Shown in pieces: positions 30,678 to 41,442 of a DNA stretch of 64,000 nt. Made by a program: the position numbers and the translations under genes. The stretch lies in the NCBI GenBank assembly GCA_965657355.1, contig CBFHOE010000006.1:175217-239216 (forward strand), in the 5' to 3' direction. This DNA is from Limisphaerales bacterium (lineage in GTDB: Bacteria; Verrucomicrobiota; Verrucomicrobiia; Limisphaerales; JAJOIW01). How positions within the stretch are numbered: position 1 is the first letter of the stretch; each line of letters opens with the position of its first letter. The notes under the pieces were generated by a model. It had not been told where the DNA came from and ran no database searches. It saw nothing but the letters and a program-made list of their open reading frames with translations.

Positions 30678-31196
30678 ATGAGAAGACCAGAATCTAGCTT
30701 TAATACAGAGCCCCAGTGGTTCGTAGCCCATACAAGGCCAAGGGCAGAGAAAAAACTCGCACATTACTGCGATAGGGAGGGCTTTACCAACGAATTGCCG
30801 ACCGTCAGAACCGTTCGGAAATACCAGCGAAAAATATGCAAATTCGATAATCCGCTATTTCCCGGATATTTATTTCTTCGAATTAACCCAGCCTCCAAAC
30901 AAAAAGTTTTTCAGAGTGATTATTGTGCGCGCATCATCCAGGTGAATCTACAGGATGAGTTCGAGCAGCAGCTGCGGGATATTTTACAAGCTGTCCGATA
31001 TGAAGAAGAGAACGAAATTATTCTTTGCCCATCCATAACCGAAGGACTCAGGGTTCGAATCAAAAGTGGCCCTCTGACCGGCTTGGAAGGTGTCGTTGCC
31101 AGAAGGGAAGGCATCTCAAACGTCCACCTCAACCTCGATTTCATCGGACAATCTGCCGTCGTTAAATTAGAAGCTTCTCGACTTGAAGCTACTTAA
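30678..31196 (+). CDS. NusG paralog antiterminator (RfaH/UpxY-like)
   Basis: WFVAHTRPRAEKK, PLFPGYLF, KOW motif VRIKSGPLTGLEG; heads a polysaccharide locus. Confidence 0.9.
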   Translation: MRRPESSFNTEPQWFVAHTRPRAEKKLAHYCDREGFTNELPTVRTVRKYQRKICKFDNPLFPGYLFLRINPASKQKVFQSDYCARIIQVNLQDEFEQQLRDILQAVRYEEENEIILCPSITEGLRVRIKSGPLTGLEGVVARREGISNVHLNLDFIGQSAVVKLEASRLEAT

Positions 31197-31222
31197 TCCT
31201 TTCATTTTCCATAAATTATAGT

Positions 31223-31337
31223 CTTGCTAAGTTGGATTAAATGAATTAACTGTTTAATACAAATTAAACGGTTTGCGTTTTTTATTTGTAAACCATTAAT
31301 TTTCAAAGCTTAGCAAGTTTCCCTGTAGGCGAGCGCC
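31223..31337 (+). promoter_or_regulatory. nested inverted repeats and possible ops-like site in the locus leader
   Basis: CTTGCTAAG (31223) / CTTAGCAAG (31309); AACTGTTTAAT-N4-ATTAAACGGTT (31248-31273); GGCGAGCG at 31328. Confidence 0.4.
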
Positions 31338-31363
31338 AAACCAAAAATGCGGTGCGAACTGAC

Positions 31364-31960
31364 CGGGGCGAAGCCCCGAAATTGCTACTCAATTTCGGGG
31401 GGACGGCATGAGCCGCAGTTATTGGTAAATCGAGATTCGTCATTGGTGCCTCAGATTGCTCCGCTCACATATCATTATTTACGATGGATCTGCCAAGTTA
31501 TCGTGAGGGAAACGAAAAAGAGCACGAAGCACCAGTCACGAGTAACGGCGCTGACAAAGCCCCTAAATTGCTATTTAATTTTCGGGGGGCGGCATATGCC
31601 GCAGTGATTCGTAATTAGATACAGGTTATTGATGCTCCAGATCGCTTCTCTCACATTTCTATGTTTTCTAAAGATCCCTACAAATGAACTTTAGTCTACC
31701 AACTCTATTCAGTATTTCGTGTGATTGATCTATAAAGTGACCGTGAGAGAATCGAACAAAAGCACAAATCTCCAGTCCCGAATGACGGCGGTGGCAAAGC
31801 CGCCGCAAGAGCTGCATTTACCAATCAGCGAGATTCCAAAGTAATTTCAAAGGCCTAGAGGCCAGTGCCAAAAAATCGTGAGAGAAACGAATAAAAGCAC
31901 AAATCACCAATCACCAGTCACCAATCACAATGGTGGCCAGGCCACCACGACAGCGGAGCC
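31364..31960. repeat. cluster of five heptamer-hairpin elements (family 1) including a ~105-bp direct duplication
   Basis: copies at 31403-31468(-), 31503-31563(+), 31589-31654(-), 31743-31806(+), 31878-31960(+). Confidence 0.85.
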
Positions 31961-31973
31961 AAGCGCAGCTCCA

Positions 31974-32453
31974 ATGAGTCAAACTCAGGTGGACATGGTT
32001 CAGGCTGCGGGGGGCGTTTGTCAGGCAATGGGATTACCAAAATCTGTTGGTCAGGTCTTTGGGTATTTATACATGTCGACTACGCCTCAAACCTTGGAAG
32101 ACATAGCGGCTAGTCTCCAGATCAGCAAAGCAAGTGCCAGCAATAGCGTCCGACAATTATCAAGTTGGGGAGCAGCGAGAACTGTTTGGGTGCCCGGCGC
32201 GCGAAAAGAACACTACGAAGTCATTGGGGATTTAAATAATTTAATATCTGGATTTATTAATGATTTCCTAAAACCAAAATTCTCAGTCGCTGACCAGAAA
32301 CTGGCTGAAATTTCTAATATTTTGGAAGAAGAAAAAAATTCTGGAAAAATAGACGAAAACCAATTTGCCCACTATAGCAAACGTATAAAACAAATAAATA
32401 AATTACAGCGAAACGTTCGGAAACTAGCACCCCTTGCGCAAAAACTATTATAA
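31974..32453 (+). CDS. GbsR/MarR family transcriptional regulator
   Basis: [34 protein letters not shown]-track N-terminus is repeat-derived so start moved to ATG 31974. Confidence 0.85.
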   Translation: MSQTQVDMVQAAGGVCQAMGLPKSVGQVFGYLYMSTTPQTLEDIAASLQISKASASNSVRQLSSWGAARTVWVPGARKEHYEVIGDLNNLISGFINDFLKPKFSVADQKLAEISNILEEEKNSGKIDENQFAHYSKRIKQINKLQRNVRKLAPLAQKLL

Positions 32454-32494
32454 AAATTCGGAGGGTTGTGTTCCTTCTAACTTTAAAAAATCAA

Positions 32495-33424
32495 ATGAAT
32501 AAACGAATATTAATAACAGGTGGGGCAGGTTTTCTAGGTTCCCACTTGTGTGATCGGTTAATAAACCAAGGTCATGATGTGATTTGTCTGGATAATTTCT
32601 TTACAGGAAGAAAAGATAATATCAGACATTTGCTTAAGCATGAAAATTTCGAACTGATCCGCCACGATGTCGTTGATGCATTTAAAGTCGAAGTTGACCA
32701 AATATACAATTTAGCTTGTCCAGCTTCACCAGTTCACTACCAGTTTAATCCCATTAAAACCGTTAAAACATCCGTGATGGGTGCTATCAACGTCTTGGGA
32801 TTAGGCAAAAGAACAGGTGCAAGAATATTACAAGCCAGCACAAGCGAAGTGTATGGTGACCCAGAAACAAGCCCTCAGAAGGAAGACTATCGGGGAAATG
32901 TGAATCCAATTGGTATTCGGGCATGTTATGATGAAGGAAAACGATGCGCTGAGACTCTGTTCTTTGATTACCATAGGGAAAACAAAGTAGATATCCGGGT
33001 GGTCCGAATATTTAATACATACGGACCTCGTATGAGACCAGATGATGGACGGGTGGTTTCCAATTTTATCTGCCAGGCCTTAAAGAATGAGGATATCACA
33101 GTTTACGGTGACGGATTGCAAACTCGCTCCTTCTGTTATGTAGATGACCTCATAGAAGCCAAAATGCGAGTCATGAACCAGGATCAATGTGTCGGTCCAA
33201 TAAATATTGGTAATCCAGGGGAGTTCACAATACTGGAACTCGCCCAAAAAATCATCGAACTCACTAGCAGCAAAAGTAAAATAATTTACGAACCTCTCCC
33301 TTCTGATGACCCACTACAAAGAAAGCCTGATATAACACTTGCCAGGAAGACTATTGATTGGGAGCCGGCAATTAATTTGGAAATCGGACTAAATAAAACT
33401 ATCGAATATTTCAAGAGTTTATAA
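32495..33424 (+). CDS. UDP-glucuronate decarboxylase (UDP-xylose synthase)
   Basis: [37 protein letters not shown]. Confidence 0.93.
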   Translation: MNKRILITGGAGFLGSHLCDRLINQGHDVICLDNFFTGRKDNIRHLLKHENFELIRHDVVDAFKVEVDQIYNLACPASPVHYQFNPIKTVKTSVMGAINVLGLGKRTGARILQASTSEVYGDPETSPQKEDYRGNVNPIGIRACYDEGKRCAETLFFDYHRENKVDIRVVRIFNTYGPRMRPDDGRVVSNFICQALKNEDITVYGDGLQTRSFCYVDDLIEAKMRVMNQDQCVGPINIGNPGEFTILELAQKIIELTSSKSKIIYEPLPSDDPLQRKPDITLARKTIDWEPAINLEIGLNKTIEYFKSL

Positions 33425-33676
33425 AAATTTATTGTCTCGTTGTTTCAATATAAGTTTGAACGTCATCGCCTCTAAAAAGCGATTCCGATTAACTCCAAAG
33501 GGGTTAAACATACAAGACTAGAGAGGCGCTCCGGAGATAAATCCCACAATTTTTTTAAGCACTGAAAGAAAGTTAAATCATCCGTTTTTATATGACATAA
33601 ACTTTTAATTTATCTTAAAGCCGGGGGATTCATTGCACTCCCAATTTACTAAAAATTTGCAGGGCAAATTTTATTT

Positions 33677-35059
33677 ATGAAAATTACATGCATAGGAGCA
33701 GGATATGTCGGCGGCCCAACCATGGCGGTCATAGCCGAAAAGTGTCCGGACATACAAGTTACCGTCGTTGATATAAATCAAGACAGAATCGATGCCTGGA
33801 ACTCAGATGATTTACCAATATTTGAGCCAGGGCTTGATGAAATAGTAAAAGGTGCTCGAGGAAAAAATCTTCATTTTTCCACCGATGTCGATAAGGAAAT
33901 CAAAGAAGGAGATATAATATTTATTTCAGTAAATACCCCTACAAAAACTTACGGTGTAGGAGCGGGGCGCGCTGCAGATCTTAAATTCATAGAATTGTGC
34001 GCAAGGCGCATAGCTGAAGTTGCCGAGGGCGATAAGATCATCGTTGAGAAGTCAACCATCCCTGTCAGAACAGCCGAATCAATTAAGCGGATTCTTGATG
34101 CGGGCGACCAGAAATCCAATTTTCAAGTGCTTTCAAACCCCGAGTTCTTGGCTGAAGGAACAGCTGTTCCTGATTTGCATAATCCTGATCGTGTCTTGAT
34201 AGGAGGAGAAGAGTCAATTGAAGGTCAAAAAGCCATCGAAACACTTGCCTCGGTCTACAATAATTGGGTGCCGAGAGAGAGAATATTAATAACCAATGTA
34301 TGGTCCTCGGAATTATCAAAACTCACAGCTAATGCATTTCTCGCGCAAAGGATTTCAAGTATTAATGCAATGTCAGCATTATGTGAAACCACTGGAGCCG
34401 ATGTTGACGAAGTAGCACACGCTATTGGGCATGATTCCCGAATTGGTCCGAAATTTCTAAAATCCTCAGTGGGGTTTGGTGGGTCTTGCTTTCAAAAAGA
34501 CATATTGAATTTGGTATACCTTTGTGAGCACTTTGGTTTGCCAGAATGTGCAGCTTATTGGAATCAGGTCATTTCAATGAATGACTACCAAAAGAAGAGA
34601 TTTGCAAGCAAAGTTGTCAGCAGTTTATTCAACACGGTCTCAGACAAAAAAATTGCTATATTAGGATTTGCTTTTAAGAAAGATACAAATGACACTCGCG
34701 AATCCGCAGCCATATATATTTGTAAAGACCTATTGGAAGAGCGGGCGAACTTATCTATATACGATCCAAAAGTTGGTCGTGATCAAATAGTAAAAGACCT
34801 AAAATACGTCAACACACCCTTATCGGATACTGAATACCAGGATCATGTTCAAACAGTTGATGATCCATACCAAGCAACTAAAGACGCCCACGCCATTTTG
34901 GTCATCACGGAATGGGACGAATTCAAATCCCTCGACTATAAAAGAATTTTCCAAGGAATGAAAAAACCAGCATTCCTTTTCGACGGAAGAAATATACTGG
35001 ACATTCAAAGCCTCAATGAAATCGGCTTTGAGGTATATTCAATAGGCAAAGGCTCATGA
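33677..35059 (+). CDS. ugd: UDP-glucose 6-dehydrogenase
   Basis: [35 protein letters not shown]. Confidence 0.95.
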   Translation: MKITCIGAGYVGGPTMAVIAEKCPDIQVTVVDINQDRIDAWNSDDLPIFEPGLDEIVKGARGKNLHFSTDVDKEIKEGDIIFISVNTPTKTYGVGAGRAADLKFIELCARRIAEVAEGDKIIVEKSTIPVRTAESIKRILDAGDQKSNFQVLSNPEFLAEGTAVPDLHNPDRVLIGGEESIEGQKAIETLASVYNNWVPRERILITNVWSSELSKLTANAFLAQRISSINAMSALCETTGADVDEVAHAIGHDSRIGPKFLKSSVGFGGSCFQKDILNLVYLCEHFGLPECAAYWNQVISMNDYQKKRFASKVVSSLFNTVSDKKIAILGFAFKKDTNDTRESAAIYICKDLLEERANLSIYDPKVGRDQIVKDLKYVNTPLSDTEYQDHVQTVDDPYQATKDAHAILVITEWDEFKSLDYKRIFQGMKKPAFLFDGRNILDIQSLNEIGFEVYSIGKGS

Positions 35060-35254
35060 CGCTACGCTTAAAAATTTGTTTCACAATTTCGGTTATTCGT
35101 TAGTCGTATTTTGTTATTGGATCCCATCCTTGCTCCGCGATCAGAATTTTAACTTCAATAAATTTTTATTGCGAGAATGACAGTGACTAAAGCGATCAGG
35201 CGCACGAGTTGCTAACCTCGATTCTCCAATCACCAAAATATCCGGGCAATTTTG
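35060..35254. repeat. inverted pair of family 1 heptamer-hairpin elements
   Basis: 35060-35142(-) and 35183-35254(+), 40-bp spacer. Confidence 0.65.
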
Positions 35255-35293
35255 CATGCAGCGCCTACCATCCTCATATCGTGGCAAAAGACA

Positions 35294-36127
35294 ATGACAA
35301 ATACTTCCCAGCATAAACTCCTACCACACCTAAAACAAATAGCTCGCGCTGCCGGGGATATAATTTTAGAAATTTACGAACAGGGTTCCGCAGTCGAATT
35401 CAAAGATGATAAATCTCCTTTAACTGAGGCCGACAAAGCAGCCCACAAATATATTGTTTCAGAACTTACAAAACTCACTCCCGACATTCCTATTGTTAGC
35501 GAGGAATCCGATCCCGCTACGTGGGAAAACACGAATTATAGTATAGAGAGTTGGGAAAAATTCTGGCTAGTCGATCCATTAGATGGAACAAAAGAATTCA
35601 TAAAGAAATCCGGCGAATTCACTGTTAATATTGCTTTAATTGAAAATTATTTGCCAACCGTTGGAGTTGTCTTCGCTCCAGCAATTTATACAATGTATAC
35701 GGGATCAGTTGAAGAAAACCTTGCCACAAAACAAGTAGGCGGACTTGATCGCCCGGAGCATTCAATTTCCACAACAAAATCGCCTGACAAAAATAATCTA
35801 CGACTCGTAGCAAGCAAAGATCATGCAGGTCCAGCCGTCACTGCTATGATTGAAAATCTCCCTGGAAAACCAGTATTAAAAAGTATGGGAAGTTCACTAA
35901 AATTTTGTCTGATCGCCGAAGGCGAAGCTGACATATACCCAAGGCTTCTCCCGACTATGGAATGGGACACGGCTGCAGCTCACGCTGTTGTAAGAGCCGC
36001 AGGAGGACAAATAAATGCTGTTAATGATAATGAATTTGTTTATGGGAAACCAGGGTTAAAGAACGACTACTTTATTTGTTTGGGCGATTCGAATATACAA
36101 TGGCAACATTATTTAATAATAACCTAA
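35294..36127 (+). CDS. cysQ: 3'(2'),5'-bisphosphate nucleotidase
   Basis: SPLTEAD, SEE, VDPLDGTKEF, GSSLKFC, TMEWDTAA. Confidence 0.92.
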   Translation: MTNTSQHKLLPHLKQIARAAGDIILEIYEQGSAVEFKDDKSPLTEADKAAHKYIVSELTKLTPDIPIVSEESDPATWENTNYSIESWEKFWLVDPLDGTKEFIKKSGEFTVNIALIENYLPTVGVVFAPAIYTMYTGSVEENLATKQVGGLDRPEHSISTTKSPDKNNLRLVASKDHAGPAVTAMIENLPGKPVLKSMGSSLKFCLIAEGEADIYPRLLPTMEWDTAAAHAVVRAAGGQINAVNDNEFVYGKPGLKNDYFICLGDSNIQWQHYLIIT

Positions 36128-36185
36128 ATAGCCTTACTAATTATAAATGTAAGTATAATAAAGGGATATTTTTAATTCAATTTTA

Positions 36186-37118
36186 ATGAAAAAAATTTTA
36201 GTAACTGCGCCACCTATGGCAAAAAATGTTGACTGGTTTACAGATCTTTTTGGCTCAAAAAATATGGAATTACATGTTCCTGTTTTTGAGCAGAAAATGC
36301 AGGAGAGATCACTGGTTGAAATAATAGGTAACTATGATGGATGGATTATAGGTGACGATCCAGTAACGCATATGGTCCTAAAAGCAGGAAGAACAGGGAA
36401 ACTCCGCTGTGCAGTGAGATGGGGTGTAGGAATGGACAATATTGATTCGAAAATTGCAAGTCAACACGGATATATTATCAAAAATACTCCTAATGCTTTC
36501 GGGGATGATGCTTCTGAAATCGTCATAAGCCATTGTCTTGCGTTAGCAAGAAGCGTTTTACAAATTGATAGGGAAGTCCGCAAAGGAAATTGGTTCCAAC
36601 CAACCACAGAAACACTGAGTGGTAAAAATGTTGGAATAATAGGATACGGTAGTATTGGCAAAGATACGGTATTTAAGTTAAATGCGCTTGGATGCAAGAT
36701 AAAAGCCATTTACGATCCTAACTTTACCTCTGATCCAAGACTTCAAGACCTAAAGCCCAAAGTGTGGCCTACGGCCGTTGAAGAGTTGGACTACTTGATT
36801 GTAACTGCTTCATTGAATAAGGAAACCAAGCAGATGATTACTCATAATATTTTCAATAAGATGAAAAATAGCTCTTACTTAATAATAAATTCGAGAGGGG
36901 CCATTGTAAATGAAGATGATTTATATGACGCGTTAAAATCCCAAACAATTAAGGGGGCAGCACTGGAGGTGATGGAGCATGAACCTTTACGGCACAATTC
37001 AAAGTTACTGAAATTGAACAATTTGTTATTAGGGTCCCATAATGCATCAAACACAAAAGAAGGAATCCACAAAGCAACTAACAAAGTGTTTGAAATTCTG
37101 GAGAAAAATTTAACTTAG
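36186..37118 (+). CDS. D-isomer-specific 2-hydroxyacid dehydrogenase (SerA-like)
   Basis: GVGMDNID, GYGSIG, NSRGAIV, EHEPL, GSHN. Confidence 0.88.
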   Translation: MKKILVTAPPMAKNVDWFTDLFGSKNMELHVPVFEQKMQERSLVEIIGNYDGWIIGDDPVTHMVLKAGRTGKLRCAVRWGVGMDNIDSKIASQHGYIIKNTPNAFGDDASEIVISHCLALARSVLQIDREVRKGNWFQPTTETLSGKNVGIIGYGSIGKDTVFKLNALGCKIKAIYDPNFTSDPRLQDLKPKVWPTAVEELDYLIVTASLNKETKQMITHNIFNKMKNSSYLIINSRGAIVNEDDLYDALKSQTIKGAALEVMEHEPLRHNSKLLKLNNLLLGSHNASNTKEGIHKATNKVFEILEKNLT

Positions 37119-37180
37119 AAACTTACAATAGTCAGCAATGAGTTTTCTAAAACTGAAAACAAAAGTTTTTAAATACTAGT

Positions 37181-38293
37181 ATGAAAAACATTTTAGTAAC
37201 AGGCATAGCTGGATTCATAGGTTCGGCTGTAGCGCGCCGTTTACTAGATCAAAATAATACTGTAATTGGGCTTGACAATTTGAATGACTATTACGATGTT
37301 CGCTTCAAAATCTATAGACTATTAAAGCTCAATGGCATAAGTGACCTTGAATTAAATAATATATTATCACTAGATAATTTAGGAACACTTATCAAACAAC
37401 CAAAGTTTTGGGCTAATTTATCATTTGAAAATCTTTCTGTAAGTCATGACCATAATAGTATTAAACTTTCAGGACATGGGGGTAGACTTAAAATAATAAT
37501 AGGTTCTATAGAAAATATAGAAACTATCAGGCAAGTTTTCAACCAATTCAACCCGAAAATAATATATAACTTAGCTGCCCGGGCGGGAGTCAGGGCTAGC
37601 TTAGAAAGGCCTGACGCGTATGTTAAAACAAATATTCTCGGAACAACGAACATACTTGAGACGGCAAGACATTATGAAGTTCAGAATTTTATAATGTCGT
37701 CTACCTCCTCTTTATACGCTGGTCAAAAGCTGCCGTTTCATGAAGGCCTTAAAGTCAACACACCAATTTCACCTTATGCGGCAACGAAAAAGTCAGCAGA
37801 AATGATGTGTTATACATATCATTATATCTATAAATTATCTATTACAGTCTTACGATATTTTACTGTCTATGGGCCTTCTGGTCGACCCGACATGTCAATG
37901 CTGAGATTTATAAATTGGATTCACAACAAAATGCCTATAGTTTTGTATGGTGATGGTAATCAATCGAGAGATTTTACATATATTGATGATATTGTCGACG
38001 GAACCATTAAATCATCAAAGTTGGAAGGTTTTAACACGATAAATCTCGGAGGTGGATTGAACCCAATTCCTATTATCGTAATAATAAATATGATTTCTAA
38101 TAAATTGGGTGTGAAACCAGTAATTTTAAAAAAACCATTCATGGAGACAGATTTATTACATACCAAGTCAGACAACTCCAAAGCCGAACAACTACTAAAA
38201 TGGCAAACCAAAACAAATATAGAGGACGGTATTGAGGCAAGTATTAATTGGTATTTAAACAATTTAGTTTGGTTAAAAAAATCTAAGTTTTAA
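37181..38293 (+). CDS. NAD-dependent epimerase, UDP-glucuronate 4-epimerase-like
   Basis: GIAGFIG, AARAGVRAS, YAATKK, FTVYGPSGRPDM, RDFTYIDD. Confidence 0.88.
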   Translation: MKNILVTGIAGFIGSAVARRLLDQNNTVIGLDNLNDYYDVRFKIYRLLKLNGISDLELNNILSLDNLGTLIKQPKFWANLSFENLSVSHDHNSIKLSGHGGRLKIIIGSIENIETIRQVFNQFNPKIIYNLAARAGVRASLERPDAYVKTNILGTTNILETARHYEVQNFIMSSTSSLYAGQKLPFHEGLKVNTPISPYAATKKSAEMMCYTYHYIYKLSITVLRYFTVYGPSGRPDMSMLRFINWIHNKMPIVLYGDGNQSRDFTYIDDIVDGTIKSSKLEGFNTINLGGGLNPIPIIVIINMISNKLGVKPVILKKPFMETDLLHTKSDNSKAEQLLKWQTKTNIEDGIEASINWYLNNLVWLKKSKF

Positions 38294-39606
38294 TGGGAAA
38301 TAAGAAAACAATCGCAGTCTGTGGCCTCGGATACGTTGGATTACCTCTCGCAATGCGATTCGCGGAATGTAATTGTAAGGTAATTGGAATAGATATTGAT
38401 ATAGCAAAGGTGCAGTTTTTAAATCAACACCAATCCTATATCCAGCACGTAAAAACTTCCCTTCTTAAATCATTGGCAGCAGAGGGTTTATTTACGGCAT
38501 ACGATGATTTTTCGAAGATTAAAGATGCTGAAGCGATAATAATTTGCGTGCCTACCCCGTTAGGGAAAAACAGAAATCCAGACTTATCGTATGTTATTGA
38601 AACAGGTAAGAGAATTGCCCCCTACATTAAACGTCGAGAGGGAGGTAAGAAAAAGTTGGTTGTTCTGGAGTCTACAACTTACCCGGGCACGACAAATACA
38701 GAACTTAAAGAAGTATTAGAAAATGTTTCTGGACTAAAAGCTGGAATTGACTTCCATTTAGCTTATTCGCCGGAAAGGGAGGATCCCGGAAGGAAAAATT
38801 ATTCAGTAAAAGATATTACTAAAATTGTGAGCGGTCTCACTACTGATTGTTTGGAAAGATGCAAAGAATTATATAGTATAGCAGTTAATAAAGTACATAA
38901 GGTTTCCACACTAGAAGTTGCGGAAGCGACCAAACTAACTGAAAATATTTTTCGTTCAGTGAACATTGCTTTAGTCAATGAGTTAAAGATTGTATATCGT
39001 TCAATGGGTATTGATATATGGGAGGTCATCGATGCGGCTTCGACAAAACCCTTTGGTTATATGCCATTTTTTCCCGGCCCAGGGTTGGGCGGTCATTGCA
39101 TACCTATAGACCCATTTTACTTAACTTGGAAAGCAAAAGAGTTCGATCAACACTCTAGGTTTGTTGAACTGGCAGGTGAAGTTAACACCAAAATGCCCGA
39201 TTACGTTGTTGCTAACGTAATAAATGCTTTAAATGAAAAACAACTAGCAACAATGAATAGTAAAATTTTCGTAATCGGTCTTGCATATAAAGCCGATGTT
39301 GATGATGATCGAGAATCTCCTAGCTACACTATTATATCTAAACTTCAATCACTTGGCGCGCACGTATCGTTTCATGATCCATTTATTCCCAAAATAAAGA
39401 CAGTCAGAAAATTCAAGGATCTTTGTGGAAAAAAATCAATTCCTTTGACCCCAAGCAATATAGCTAAGTTCGATTGTGTTCTCGTCTTAACTAAACACGC
39501 AGACTTAGATTATAAGATGATCTATCGACACAGTAAAATTATTGTAGATACCAGGAATAGTTTTAACAAAATTAAAGATACCAAAAATAAAATACACAAA
39601 TCATAG
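38293..39606 (+). CDS. nucleotide sugar dehydrogenase (UDP-HexNAc 6-dehydrogenase, WbpA/WecC-like)
   Basis: GLGYVG, CVPTP, SPEREDPG, GGHCIPIDP, RESP. Confidence 0.92.
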   Translation: MGNKKTIAVCGLGYVGLPLAMRFAECNCKVIGIDIDIAKVQFLNQHQSYIQHVKTSLLKSLAAEGLFTAYDDFSKIKDAEAIIICVPTPLGKNRNPDLSYVIETGKRIAPYIKRREGGKKKLVVLESTTYPGTTNTELKEVLENVSGLKAGIDFHLAYSPEREDPGRKNYSVKDITKIVSGLTTDCLERCKELYSIAVNKVHKVSTLEVAEATKLTENIFRSVNIALVNELKIVYRSMGIDIWEVIDAASTKPFGYMPFFPGPGLGGHCIPIDPFYLTWKAKEFDQHSRFVELAGEVNTKMPDYVVANVINALNEKQLATMNSKIFVIGLAYKADVDDDRESPSYTIISKLQSLGAHVSFHDPFIPKIKTVRKFKDLCGKKSIPLTPSNIAKFDCVLVLTKHADLDYKMIYRHSKIIVDTRNSFNKIKDTKNKIHKS

Positions 39607-39611
39607 AATAA

Positions 39612-40688
39612 ATGGACAGGCAATATCTATTAAATTATGATGATCATGATTCTATTATCGAGGCCGAATTCACTTCAAGAGGATACTCCAAACAAGAGAG
39701 TAATTCAGTAGCCAAGATATCTAGGAAAGCAAGCGAACACGGAATTTCATCTCATAACGGATTAAAGGCAGTTCATTTGGATAATCTCTTCGGGTCAAAA
39801 GTTGGAGGATGTATGCCAAATGCTGATTATAGTATACCAAATGCTGATAACAAAGCGTTAGAATCTTGGTATGGTAATGGCAAAATTGGTACATACCTCG
39901 CATACAAAGCTGTAGATAGGTGTATTGAGTTAGCAGATAAATTTGGTATTGGCATGATTTCAGTGCAAAACGCTTGGCATTATCTTTGGGGTGGAGGCTA
40001 CGTTTTAGAAATGGCAAACAAAGGATTTATAGGCATTTCTTTATGTACAGCAATGTTAGCAGAGGTCGTTCCCTATCGCGGCAAATTTCCTACCTTGGGC
40101 ACGAATCCACATAGCTACTGTTTTCCAACTAAGGATGCAATTGGTTATAACATTCTTATAGATTGGGCAACATCAGTTATTGCTATGGGAAAACTACAAT
40201 CTCTAAAAAGAGAGGGCATGAAAATACCACACGGCGCAGCATCGGATAAAAATGGGAATATAACGACTGATCCGGATTTAGCAGAGTATCTGCTACCATT
40301 TGGCAATCATAAAGGTTATGGATTGTCGCTAGTTAATGAATTATTAGCCTGTTTTAATGCCGGCTGTATTCCAACACTCAGAGGAAGGGAGTTTGACAAA
40401 AGCGGAAACAAACTTACAAACCTATTTTTTATTGCCCTAAACCCGGAATTTTTGAATGTGAGCAATAACAAACAGTCAACCCTAAATCTAAGAATAAAAG
40501 CAACACTGGAAGATATTATTGGTCACGGAAACGATGATGCAATATTCCCGGGATATCTAGAATATTTAGCACAGAAAAAATCGAAGGAAAAAAAAGGATT
40601 ATTACTGACATATGCCGAAAAAACTGAATTTGAAAAATTAGCAAAAAACACCGATCAACACGCCACCATTAAGAAACTAGATGAATAA
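39612..40688 (+). CDS. Ldh_2 family oxidoreductase (malate/L-lactate/L-sulfolactate dehydrogenase-like)
   Basis: HGISSH, LGTNP, DWATS, HKGYGL. Confidence 0.85.
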   Translation: MDRQYLLNYDDHDSIIEAEFTSRGYSKQESNSVAKISRKASEHGISSHNGLKAVHLDNLFGSKVGGCMPNADYSIPNADNKALESWYGNGKIGTYLAYKAVDRCIELADKFGIGMISVQNAWHYLWGGGYVLEMANKGFIGISLCTAMLAEVVPYRGKFPTLGTNPHSYCFPTKDAIGYNILIDWATSVIAMGKLQSLKREGMKIPHGAASDKNGNITTDPDLAEYLLPFGNHKGYGLSLVNELLACFNAGCIPTLRGREFDKSGNKLTNLFFIALNPEFLNVSNNKQSTLNLRIKATLEDIIGHGNDDAIFPGYLEYLAQKKSKEKKGLLLTYAEKTEFEKLAKNTDQHATIKKLDE

Positions 40689-41442
40689 TTTAAAAACAAG
40701 GAAAAAACCCATAATAGGTACTTGGCTAAATTCAGGATCCACTGTTATTGCTGAAGTGTTAGCAAATAACAATTTGGACTTTGTTTGTATTGATGCTGAA
40801 CATTCCCCAGTAGATATAAATGATGTATTCAAACTTACTCAAGCAATAAGGTCAGCTTCAACTAATTGTATTCCAATCGCTCGTGTCCATGGTGTTGACT
40901 ATAGTTTTGTAAAACGATTTTTGGATGCAGGAATCAAAGGTATCATATGCCCATTAGTAAATTCAAAAAAAGATGTTGAAACCCTCATAAACGCAACAAA
41001 ATATCCCCCCACTGGCAAAAGAGGTGTTGGTTTCTGCGCCGCAAATAAATACGGATTGGATTTACACGATAGCTTTGTTAAGGCAAATGACGAAATTTTT
41101 ATAGGCATTCAGATTGAGCATATAGACGCTGTTAAAAATATAGATGAAATTCTATCAGTTGAAGGAATAGACGCTGTTTTCATAGGTCCTTTTGATTTAA
41201 GTGCATCAATGGGCATAACTGGTGATTTTGAAAACGAAAGATTTCAAGAAGCGACTGCTACTATCCGTAATGCTTGTAAAAAGTTTAATATTATAAGTGG
41301 TATTCATGTAATAAAACCCCAAATTCAAGATTTAAAAATAGCAATTAAAGATGGCTATGAACTGATAGCTTACTCCCTAGACATAACAATGATAAATTCA
41401 CTTTGTGAAGAATTAACAGACTACAGAAAATGTATAATTTAA
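40681..41442 (+). CDS. HpcH/HpaI class II pyruvate aldolase
   Basis: IDAEH, YPPTGKRG, QIEH, FIGPFDLS. Confidence 0.9.
   Translation: MNNLKTRKKPIIGTWLNSGSTVIAEVLANNNLDFVCIDAEHSPVDINDVFKLTQAIRSASTNCIPIARVHGVDYSFVKRFLDAGIKGIICPLVNSKKDVETLINATKYPPTGKRGVGFCAANKYGLDLHDSFVKANDEIFIGIQIEHIDAVKNIDEILSVEGIDAVFIGPFDLSASMGITGDFENERFQEATATIRNACKKFNIISGIHVIKPQIQDLKIAIKDGYELIAYSLDITMINSLCEELTDYRKCII

Noticed and set aside
31248..31273. dif site for XerCD
   Set aside because: Spacer is 4 bp rather than 6-8 bp and the arms do not match the TTATGTTAAAT XerD arm
31364..31960. CRISPR array interpretation of the leader repeats
   Set aside because: Repeats are degenerate, occur in both orientations with irregular spacing, and no cas genes are present in the window
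31347..31973. ORF 31347-31607 and the N-terminal extension of the GbsR-like ORF
   Set aside because: Both are translations of the repeat elements (RETKKSTKHQS / RETNKSTNHQS) and unlikely to be real protein
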